From Flavobacteriales bacterium UBA952 (GTDB taxonomy: Bacteria > Bacteroidota > Bacteroidia > Flavobacteriales_D > Crocinitomicaceae): 64,000 bases of DNA. A program made the position numbers and the translations under genes. The notes under the pieces are model-generated. The model was not told the DNA's origin and made no database searches. It was given only the letters and a program-made list of their open reading frames with translations. The stretch lies in the NCBI GenBank assembly GCA_905182495.1, contig CAJJBU010000004.1:101536-165535 (forward strand), in the 5' to 3' direction. How positions within the stretch are numbered: position 1 is the stretch's first letter; each line of letters starts with the position of its first letter. Shown piece by piece: positions 55,241 to 63,038 of this stretch.

Positions 55241-55269
55241 TGTTACTTTACCGTTAAGGTTGTAATAAT
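55241..55269 (+). promoter_or_regulatory. direct-repeat motif with 11-bp periodicity, copy 2 (TGTTACT-TTAC-CGTTAAG-GTTG-TAATAAT)
   Basis: It has the same 7+4+7+4+7 layout and the same TGTTA../CGTTAA. cores as copy 1, 116 bp downstream. It ends 60 nt before the porin ATG. Confidence 0.3.
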
Positions 55270-55329
55270 TTTATATTAGGTTAAGATAATTCTTCATTTC
55301 TTTGATTGAAAATCTAAATAGTTATAGAT

Positions 55330-56469
55330 ATGAATAAGTTATTATCCCTGTTGTTTATTGGTTTCTCTATGCTTTCAACGGCGCAAGATGGAACGAACAA
55401 TCCCTTTGGAAAAGGTCTTGTTAATGTTATGGCGAAGGATTCCTCTTGGTCAACTAAAATGTCTTTTAGATTTCAATCTAGATATGATGGTTCATATGAT
55501 CTCGGAGCGGATAGTTTTTCGGACGAGGCATATGTTCGAAGGGCGCGTATCAAGGGTTCTGGATTTGCATTTAGCCCGAAGATTCAATATAAATTTGAGT
55601 ATGATGTTGCGAACGGTTACGTTCTTGATGCGGTCTTAAAATATAATTTTGTTGGTAATTTTACACTTTGGTTTGGACAGACTAAATTACCTGGGAACAT
55701 TGAGCGCGTTTTCTCTTCTCAAAAATTACAATTGGTAGACCGTTCATTGTTAAATTCTAAATTCACTTTAGATCGTGATGCAGGTTTTCAATTAAGACAT
55801 CATTTTAAATTAGGAAAGACCTTTTTAGTGAGAGAAATTTTTGCGGTTTGTCAGGGAGAAGGCCTCAATGCTAGGAATAAGGATTTTGAGGTTACGTCTA
55901 ATGGCCATGGCTATACAGGAAGAATAGAGCTGCTTCCTTTTGGGAAATTCACGAAGAAAGGTGATTATTTTGCATCTGATTTAAAACGTGAAGAAAGTCC
56001 TAAACTAATGGTCAGTGCAACATACGATTATAATCAGAATGCCATGTTAACTAGAGGTCAGAAAGGTTCACAAATAGCAAGTGGCAATTTTAGAGATTTA
56101 CAGACGATTTTTGTAGATGCTCATTTTAAATATGCGGGATTTTCATGTTTTGGTGAATATGTAAATAGACAAACGACCAATGGGTCGGCGGTAGTTGATC
56201 AGGCTGCAGGTGAGGTTTATTATACCGGTGCATCCCTTAACCTTCAAATGGGGTATTTGATGAAAAACAACTGGGAAATAGCGGGTAGATATACGCAAGT
56301 GACTCCCGAGGAGCAAACAGGGAATAACAACATAAATCAATACACTTTAGGATTCTCTAGATATGTGGTTGGTCACAACTTGAAAATACAAGGTGATATT
56401 GGTTTTACTCAAGAAGCAAATAAGAATGACATGTTGTTGATTCGTTTGCAGACAGAGTTTAATTTCTAA
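55330..56469 (+). CDS. outer-membrane porin (phosphate-selective porin O/P-like)
   Basis: Signal peptide, alternating beta-strand pattern and a terminal ...LQTEFNF. Length and context next to a Pi transporter fit the Porin_O_P-type proteins of Bacteroidota. Confidence 0.6.
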   Translation: MNKLLSLLFIGFSMLSTAQDGTNNPFGKGLVNVMAKDSSWSTKMSFRFQSRYDGSYDLGADSFSDEAYVRRARIKGSGFAFSPKIQYKFEYDVANGYVLDAVLKYNFVGNFTLWFGQTKLPGNIERVFSSQKLQLVDRSLLNSKFTLDRDAGFQLRHHFKLGKTFLVREIFAVCQGEGLNARNKDFEVTSNGHGYTGRIELLPFGKFTKKGDYFASDLKREESPKLMVSATYDYNQNAMLTRGQKGSQIASGNFRDLQTIFVDAHFKYAGFSCFGEYVNRQTTNGSAVVDQAAGEVYYTGASLNLQMGYLMKNNWEIAGRYTQVTPEEQTGNNNINQYTLGFSRYVVGHNLKIQGDIGFTQEANKNDMLLIRLQTEFNF

Positions 56470-56493
56470 AACAGAAAATAGCTTCTATTTGAA

Positions 56494-56521
56494 AACAGGT
56501 TCGTTAGGACCTGTTTTTTTT
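56494..56521 (+). terminator. rho-independent terminator after the porin gene
   Basis: AACAGGTC-GTTA-GGACCTGTT hairpin followed by a T-run. Confidence 0.75.
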
Positions 56522-56574
56522 GTTCACTTCTCGATAAAGGAAGATAAAATCTTCGTTCTGTGGCCTGAAAGAAT

Positions 56575-56886
56575 CTAGCTTTTGAAAATGCTTTTAACTT
56601 CTTTTATTTTTTCCATAACACATCCCGCGACAGCATCTAAATTTTTATGGTATTTATTAGAGCATTTAACGGCTTGAAGATTTGTACTCAAGGTTATTTC
56701 TAATAATACCAATTCTGTTTTATAGGCGACGATATTCTTAAATTCACTCAGGAATTTGACGGCATCTTCTTTTTCCCGAAATACGGATACCTTATCCTTC
56801 ATGATTGGATTATAAAAAACACCATGTTTTTCATAGAGTGTACTGTAAGAGTTGTCTGATACGCTTCTTGATTTATATCTAAACAA
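56575..56886 (-). CDS. hypothetical protein
   Basis: ORF track only, with no motif recognised. The start is uncertain: the first two codons I read from the printed sequence do not match the track translation. Confidence 0.35.
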   Translation of the reverse strand: MFRYKSRSVSDNSYSTLYEKHGVFYNPIMKDKVSVFREKEDAVKFLSEFKNIVAYKTELVLLEITLSTNLQAVKCSNKYHKNLDAVAGCVMEKIKEVKSIFKS

Positions 56887-57069
56887 ACCTGTTACGGCAG
56901 ACCCCTTAAGAACACCTTTGAAAAGGGTCGGAACCCAACAAATTGCTCTTCTATGAGCGGTTCGAAATCACTATACCTACACAATAGCTCCTCACAAAGT
57001 TTATTTGATGCATTCATAATTTATTAGATAGAGTTTTCATATCGGTTAATGACTTTATATAATCTAAAA

Positions 57070-58014
57070 TTAAAGATCATCCGGATTATTAGCGTTGGTA
57101 GTTACAAAAGTTGATTTAATAAAGGATTCTAGAGCATCTGAAATTTTTTTTATGGCAAATTTAGCATCTGATTGGTGTATAATTTCCGCTGGCCCATGAG
57201 GTGTGTTATTGACATCTACAGTATAAATCCTTCCGTCATCCTTGTTTCTCAATACATCTAATTCTCCAAATTCCAAATTTAATTTCTTACAATACTTGTT
57301 TAATAGACTGATTTCCTCCTGAGTAAAAACGTCTATTGTAGCTGCAATTTGAGTGTTCACTGCTGAGCTTTTAAACCTCTCAGAGACTGGACGCTGCTTT
57401 AAATAAACAAAGTCAAGGACATGGTCAATTATTGGCACTCTGATGTCTAGGACTAGATTATTAGAATGAGAATTATCAATAAGGATCTGGTATATGAATC
57501 GGTCGTCAAATGATTGAATAGGCCCGTCTAAAATGATTCCATTGTGCATTGCATTAATGTCACTCTTTCTGACCATTTTTCCTTTATGGGTTAATGGATC
57601 GACTAAAGTGGCGTATCCAAAAATTTCTTGATGAACTCGGTCTATATTTTTTTTTCCTATGTCTCGGCTATTGAGATTAATGACTTTTATCTTTTTCGAT
57701 ATTTCATCTAAAGACTGATATTCATCTCTAGTTGTTGCATACTCCCAATAAATGGCATGTTCTGTATTTGACTTTATTTTATTTGTGATGTTATAGTTTA
57801 GTTTTTTTGCCGCTTTATAGATGATTGATCTGCGGCTAGGGTAGTGGGGATGTACTAAAAGTGATTTTCTTTTAAAATCATTTTTAAAAAAATTGACAAT
57901 CGATAGCACAAGGAAATTAAAATCTTTTCCAATGATTTCGGTGAGGGGCATCTTTTTGTGATACCTATTAAAAAGGCCTCGGAACTTACGCTTTGATTTT
58001 AGGATTGGTTTCAT
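57070..58014 (-). CDS. hypothetical protein, possibly ATP-grasp fold
   Basis: The C-terminal pattern FGELDVLRNKDDGRIYTVDVNNTPHGP resembles the Mg/ATP-binding end of ATP-grasp ligases. Upstream, KGKMVRKS, YQILID and DIRVPII sit in the expected order. This is a weak call by eye. Confidence 0.4.
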   Translation of the reverse strand: MKPILKSKRKFRGLFNRYHKKMPLTEIIGKDFNFLVLSIVNFFKNDFKRKSLLVHPHYPSRRSIIYKAAKKLNYNITNKIKSNTEHAIYWEYATTRDEYQSLDEISKKIKVINLNSRDIGKKNIDRVHQEIFGYATLVDPLTHKGKMVRKSDINAMHNGIILDGPIQSFDDRFIYQILIDNSHSNNLVLDIRVPIIDHVLDFVYLKQRPVSERFKSSAVNTQIAATIDVFTQEEISLLNKYCKKLNLEFGELDVLRNKDDGRIYTVDVNNTPHGPAEIIHQSDAKFAIKKISDALESFIKSTFVTTNANNPDDL

Positions 58015-58073
58015 CTCCTGGTATTTAGCAATAGGTATATATTTTACAGGCTTAGATAATCAAATACTCTCCA

Positions 58074-59612
58074 TCATTCCTGTTCAGCGTCAATTTGCTC
58101 AATCATTTTAACTGCTTCAGCTCTTGGAGGATATATTTTAGATACAAGATACCCAAAAATCATAGCCAATGCAAAAGATGGTGCTAGGACATCTAGCTCT
58201 TTCAAATAGTCTCCTAGTCCGTCAATATTTGCAAATACAAACTTGAATAAGATTACTGATGTAAAACCTGTAATCATGGAGGCAATCGCTCCCTTTTCTG
58301 AATACCCATTCCAAAAAAGAGATAGAATAATTACCGGACAAAAAGTGGCAGCGATCCCTGACCAACCAAAAATCATGATCCAAAAGACTTGTCTTTCAGG
58401 ATATAAGTTATAAAGTAAAATTGCAATTCCAAGGGCAGATAAAGCCATGCCAACGGTTACTAACCTGGAGAATGTAGTTAAGTCTTCATCTTTTAAATCA
58501 GGCCTGAATATTTTTTGATAAAAGTCTCTAGTAACGGCGCTGGAAGCAAGAATTAGAAGGGAGTCAATGGTTGACATAATGGCTGAAAGTACAATAGCAA
58601 TGAATATTGCCACTAAAATTGTGGGTAGGAACTCATGCGTCATCATGCTCAAAACATTTTCACCTCCCGTTCCTAAAATTGCTTCGGGATCCTGCCCCTC
58701 ACTTGTGAAATAAATTCTAGCAAGAATACCAATAGTAACAGCCGCAGCATCTGTGAGAAGGGTGAAGAACAAGGCGACCCATTTTCCTTTGTCAATTTCT
58801 TTTTCACTTTTAATGGACATGAATCGAACATAAACTTGAGGGGAGCCCAAGAAACCCAGTCCAATCATGGAGAATCCTAAAATGGTGAAAAGATTCATCC
58901 AGCCATCTGAGCTTCTGCCCATTACTTGCGTAAGTGTGGGGTCAATCGCATTTAAACCCTCAGTAATTCCCACGCCATGATCCATATTAAACCAAATTAC
59001 GATGGGGAGTAAAACCAACCCAAAAAACATTAAAATGCCTTGGAACATATCCGACCATACAGCCGCTACAAATCCACCAATGAAAATATAGAGTAAAACA
59101 ATAATGAATCCAATGAGTGCTCCGATTCGGTAGTCAATATTAAGCATGGATTCGAAGGCAATACCGGTTACATCCATCTGTGATGCTACATAAATGACGA
59201 CAAAAACAACCAGTACCGATGCGGCTATAATTCGAAGCGTATTCGTTGATGATTTAAAATGACTTTGAAGATAGTCAGGTATGGTCATTGCCTTGTATCT
59301 ATCAGACCGCCTTTTAAATCGTTTTGCCATGAATTGCCAGGACAAAAAGACGCCTAATAATTCTCCCGCAACCACCCAGTAGCCTGAATAACCTGCCATT
59401 GCTCCCATTCCAGTGAGTCCGATCAGTAGCCAGCCTGATTCACCAGTAGCTCTTGCCGAAAAAGCGACTGCCCAAAAACCCATGTTTTTGCCGCCCACAT
59501 AATAATCACTCATGCTTTTAATTCGTCTCGAAGCGAGGATTCCAATGAGAAATAAAATACCAACATAAATAGCTAAAACGGCTATTTTGATGATGAAGTC
59601 TTTGTCTTGCAT
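58074..59612 (-). CDS. sodium:solute symporter (SSS) family transporter
   Basis: About 13 TM helices, with N-terminal ...SMSDYYVGGKNMGFW, ...ATGESGWLLIG... and GGF..A.WSD-type motifs. I prefer the ATG at 59612 to the TTG at 59666. Confidence 0.85.
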   Translation of the reverse strand: MQDKDFIIKIAVLAIYVGILFLIGILASRRIKSMSDYYVGGKNMGFWAVAFSARATGESGWLLIGLTGMGAMAGYSGYWVVAGELLGVFLSWQFMAKRFKRRSDRYKAMTIPDYLQSHFKSSTNTLRIIAASVLVVFVVIYVASQMDVTGIAFESMLNIDYRIGALIGFIIVLLYIFIGGFVAAVWSDMFQGILMFFGLVLLPIVIWFNMDHGVGITEGLNAIDPTLTQVMGRSSDGWMNLFTILGFSMIGLGFLGSPQVYVRFMSIKSEKEIDKGKWVALFFTLLTDAAAVTIGILARIYFTSEGQDPEAILGTGGENVLSMMTHEFLPTILVAIFIAIVLSAIMSTIDSLLILASSAVTRDFYQKIFRPDLKDEDLTTFSRLVTVGMALSALGIAILLYNLYPERQVFWIMIFGWSGIAATFCPVIILSLFWNGYSEKGAIASMITGFTSVILFKFVFANIDGLGDYLKELDVLAPSFALAMIFGYLVSKIYPPRAEAVKMIEQIDAEQE

Positions 59613-59892
59613 AATGGTCAAAATTGGTAATTCGATCCCGAGTTTTTCGGAAATCAGAAATTTCAAAAAAACGCAACACTATGGGTTTTTAAGAATGTGC
59701 AATTTGCTAATAATAAATGCGATTCGGCTCCTTTTTCGTAAAAAACTGCTAAAAAACACTGAAGAAACGCATAAAAATCGCTACTTTCGTATAAAATAAG
59801 ATGATTGAAAAGTCATTTCATAGCAACTAGTTGGATTTGGGGAATGACCTTGGATTTGTACATTATTTGAACAGAAAAAAGAGATATTCGAT

Positions 59893-60441
59893 TTGAATTC
59901 TAACGGACAAGACCCATTAATATTGGAATCATTAGATGAGCTAGTCACGGCGCTTACTGAAGCGGAGCGGACGAAGTATGGCGACATAATAGGTTCATTG
60001 AAATTGAAAAAGAGCGCATTAGAAGACTTTTGTTCGTGGTCTAGTGAATCTTATACCCGAAATTGTATTACTGAAAACGATAAGTTTGAATTGATCCTAC
60101 TTTGTTGGGAAAAAGGGCAGATCACACCCATTCATGACCATGGCGGTGAAGAATGTTGGGTGAAAGTTATTCAAGGGGAATTTAGGGAAGTCATTTCCAA
60201 AATGGATAAAGGCGGAGAACTTAATGTTGTTAAAAGTACAATTTCAAAGTCTGACGATATTTCTTACATGATTGATTTTATGGGGTTTCATAGTTTAGAA
60301 AATATGTCTAATAAAAGAAGCATGTCTCTTCATCTGTACGCAAAACCTATTCGAAATTGCAATTTATTTGATGAAAAAACAGGTAAATTTGTGAATAAAG
60401 ATTTGGTATATGATACGGTCTCATCATTTTTAACAAACTGA
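59893..60441 (+). CDS. cysteine dioxygenase type I (cupin)
   Basis: It aligns by eye with mammalian CDO: SYTRNCI (Arg56), IHDHGGEECWVKVIQG (His81, His83, Cys88), GFHSLEN (His133) and SLHLYAKP (Tyr149). The only in-frame start after the upstream stop is the TTG at 59893. Confidence 0.85.
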   Translation: MNSNGQDPLILESLDELVTALTEAERTKYGDIIGSLKLKKSALEDFCSWSSESYTRNCITENDKFELILLCWEKGQITPIHDHGGEECWVKVIQGEFREVISKMDKGGELNVVKSTISKSDDISYMIDFMGFHSLENMSNKRSMSLHLYAKPIRNCNLFDEKTGKFVNKDLVYDTVSSFLTN

Positions 60442-60456
60442 AATTAATAAAACTTT

Positions 60457-61863
60457 ATGTCTAAAATAAGTAGTGATTTAGCTCTATTTAATGAACTAGT
60501 TGAAACTTTAATTAGTGAAGAAGAGAAGAATCCAGTAGCAGGAAGAATAGACTCGGATGAGCTCTACGACGCAATTGACCTTTCGCTCAACGAATCAGCT
60601 ATGGTTGATGATGAGTTTAAGTCGGTCCTACGAGAAATCGTAATATCCACTCCCAAAACGGCAACAAATTTATTCTTCAACCAACTTTTTGGAGGAAGGC
60701 AAAGTAAGGCCGTTTTAGGTGATTTACTAGCCGTAATGCTAAATAATAGCATGTATACATATAAGGTGGCAGGCCCTCAAGTTGGTATTGAGCAAGAAAT
60801 AATTCGGAAATCTTGTAACCTCATAGGTTACGGTCCAACAAGTAACGGGACCTTTCCTACAGGAGGATCTATGAGTAATTACATGGCCATGGTCATGGCA
60901 CGTGATGCCAAAGATCCAAATTGTAGATTAGATGGAATGTCTAGACCCATGGTGGCTTATACCTCTATAGAGTCACATTATTCAATTGCGAAGAATGCTA
61001 GTTTTAGTGGGGTAGGAAGAAACAATATCCGATACATTCAAGCCGATTCAAATGGAAAAATGATTCCGGAGAAACTTGAGGAACAAATCATTGCAGATAT
61101 ACGTGTAGGTTTCATTCCAGCATTTGTTAATGCGACAGCAGGAACGACTGTATTGGGTGCTTTTGATCCAATCAATGAAATTGCAGATATCACTGAAAAA
61201 TATAATATTTGGCTTCATGTTGACGGTGCGTATTCCGGAGGTGTGATTTTTAGCAATAAGTATAAGTACCTTGTTAATGGAATTGAAAGGTCTCAATCAT
61301 TTAGTTATAATGCACATAAAATGTTGGGTACGCCATTGACTTGTTCTATCATTTTGGTGAATGACAAAAAACAGTTGCATGATTCGTTTAGTAACGATGC
61401 TGATTATCTATATCAAACAGACGGTGATGATTTTAACTTGGGTAAGACTTCATTCCAATGTGGAAGAAGAAACGATGCCTTAAAGTTCTGGACATTATGG
61501 AAATCCGTTGGAACGATTGGTCTGAAAAAGATCGTAGACCAACAATTTGAATTGGCCGATGTCGCTCTTGAATATATTAGAAGCAATCCAGATTACACCT
61601 TATACAGTTTCGATGATTCCATATCTGTTTGCTTTAATTATAAGGACACGGACCCCATGGATCTTTGTACTGCACTATATGAACATCAAGTTACAGTCGT
61701 AGGGTTTGGATCGTTTAAGGAAAATACTTTTGTTCGTTTCGTGACGATTAATGCGAATAACTCTAAGAAGGACATCTTGAATTTCTTTAAAGTACTGGAA
61801 GGATTTGTTGAACAAAACCCGGCCTTAATAAAGACGAAGGAAACCACTCGTGAACGCTTATAG
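60457..61863 (+). CDS. group II PLP-dependent decarboxylase, cysteine sulfinic acid decarboxylase-like
   Basis: PLP-lysine motif SFSYNAHKMLG and HVDGAYSGG. The substrate-pocket residues are FFNQLF(78)...NNS(98)MY(100)TYK. Confidence 0.8.
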   Translation: MSKISSDLALFNELVETLISEEEKNPVAGRIDSDELYDAIDLSLNESAMVDDEFKSVLREIVISTPKTATNLFFNQLFGGRQSKAVLGDLLAVMLNNSMYTYKVAGPQVGIEQEIIRKSCNLIGYGPTSNGTFPTGGSMSNYMAMVMARDAKDPNCRLDGMSRPMVAYTSIESHYSIAKNASFSGVGRNNIRYIQADSNGKMIPEKLEEQIIADIRVGFIPAFVNATAGTTVLGAFDPINEIADITEKYNIWLHVDGAYSGGVIFSNKYKYLVNGIERSQSFSYNAHKMLGTPLTCSIILVNDKKQLHDSFSNDADYLYQTDGDDFNLGKTSFQCGRRNDALKFWTLWKSVGTIGLKKIVDQQFELADVALEYIRSNPDYTLYSFDDSISVCFNYKDTDPMDLCTALYEHQVTVVGFGSFKENTFVRFVTINANNSKKDILNFFKVLEGFVEQNPALIKTKETTRERL

Positions 61864-61941
61864 CGAATCGTTTAGCAACAACAATGAAATTTATTTCCTA
61901 AGTTTCATTTAAGGTTCTATTTCTTTTATTTTGAGCTCATT

Positions 61942-62721
61942 TTATTTATCGCAGATTATTAACTTACTTGTTGCTATTATCTTGTTGCGCTCTATCAAAT
62001 GTATAAAATACAAGCCTCCCGTTAAACCATCTCTCTGTATAGTCGTAGTTTTGCTATTTCTAATTTCTATTTCTTTCACTATTTGGCCTAAGTTATTGTT
62101 TATTGTAAGCCTTGCATCGTGTAACTGTTTATCAATAATTAAAGTAGTTTGATTGCTAAATGGATTGGGATACAATTTAATTGTTTGGCTTTGTTCGATT
62201 GAATGTAGTCCAGCTATTTGTTCAAGGTTGATCAAGTCAAAGTAGCCATACCCCTGAATAGGGCCGCCTGAAAGCCCACCATACAGGACAACGATAGCTG
62301 TGTCTCCTTCGGGCATTGATAGCGTTGATTGTACACTTAATTGTGTCCATGAATTAGAAGAACTTGTGTCACCGGTCTGAATTGTAACTTCCCCATTGTT
62401 TATTTTGCCAAAAAAAATCCCGATTTCCGTTGCGGATTCAGCCAAGGCCCATGCCGTTAGTATAAATGATTGTCCAATTGTGATTTCTGGTAATTTCTGA
62501 TAAGCATAGCCCGGAAAGCACCCTTGGGTATTCCCCCCCCAAACTTTAAGGCTCCAGTTATTCCCTTCTGGAGGAACGATGTTGGATGGTTCAGCAAAAC
62601 AGGTCCACTCCCAGTTGGATAAATCTGAATTCGAATTGTTTTCAAAGTCACCATTTAAAACTTGTCCGTCAACATCATGGTAAAAGAGCCAAAATGTGAT
62701 CGCAAAGAAAAGTAATTTCAT
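61942..62721 (-). CDS. secreted CBM-like protein with T9SS C-terminal sorting domain
   Basis: Signal peptide MKLLFFAITFWLFYHDVDGQ (ATG at 62721). The N-terminal VLNGDFENNSNSDLSNWEW is typical of CBM4/9-like jelly rolls. The C-terminal KLYPNPFSNQTTLII...GLYFIHLIE... is CTD-like. Confidence 0.7.
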   Translation of the reverse strand: MKLLFFAITFWLFYHDVDGQVLNGDFENNSNSDLSNWEWTCFAEPSNIVPPEGNNWSLKVWGGNTQGCFPGYAYQKLPEITIGQSFILTAWALAESATEIGIFFGKINNGEVTIQTGDTSSSNSWTQLSVQSTLSMPEGDTAIVVLYGGLSGGPIQGYGYFDLINLEQIAGLHSIEQSQTIKLYPNPFSNQTTLIIDKQLHDARLTINNNLGQIVKEIEIRNSKTTTIQRDGLTGGLYFIHLIERNKIIATSKLIICDK

Positions 62722-62723
62722 AT

Positions 62724-62993
62724 TTATCTTGTTGCAGATGCACCGCCACCACCTAATCCGCCTAATCCGAATAAAAAGCCAATCCAATATAAGAAACCTG
62801 AATTGTTTTGAGCGTAAATTCCAATATCAGCTCCGAATATTTTTCCGATTATTGCAAATGGAAAACAGATGCCGTGCCATATCCCACTGAAAAAACCAGA
62901 TTCATCTGTAGTTCTTGCTTCTGGAGCACAAGAGTTTATTAAAAATACGACAGATAAGAAAACGAATATTTTAAAGTAATTAGCCTTGTTCAT
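62724..62993 (-). CDS. small hypothetical lipoprotein/membrane protein with Gly-rich C-terminus
   Basis: Lipobox FLINSCAP, two hydrophobic segments and a C-terminal GLGGLGGGGASATR. It ends 2 nt before the next gene start. Confidence 0.5.
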   Translation of the reverse strand: MNKANYFKIFVFLSVVFLINSCAPEARTTDESGFFSGIWHGICFPFAIIGKIFGADIGIYAQNNSGFLYWIGFLFGLGGLGGGGASATR

Positions 62994-63038
62994 TTTGATG
63001 TATCTTGAGTTACTCTTGATATACAGAGAAATAGCCGT

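Noticed and set aside
56891-57016. A 41-codon ORF (MNASNKLCEELLCRYSDFEPLIEEQFVGFRPFSKVFLRGLP*) upstream of 56575..56886 in the preceding frame. It would be a possible ninth +1 disruption.
   Set aside because: Neither piece matches a family I recognise, so I cannot show they were once one gene. The bases I read at 56881-56886 also do not reproduce the first two residues given in the ORF track, so I do not trust the junction.
59667-59892. A possible riboswitch or leader RNA upstream of the cysteine dioxygenase gene.
   Set aside because: I could not fold a conserved-looking structure or recognise any known riboswitch core (SAM, glycine, etc.) by eye. There is only a short uORF-like ATG at 59801. 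It remains untested rather than supported.
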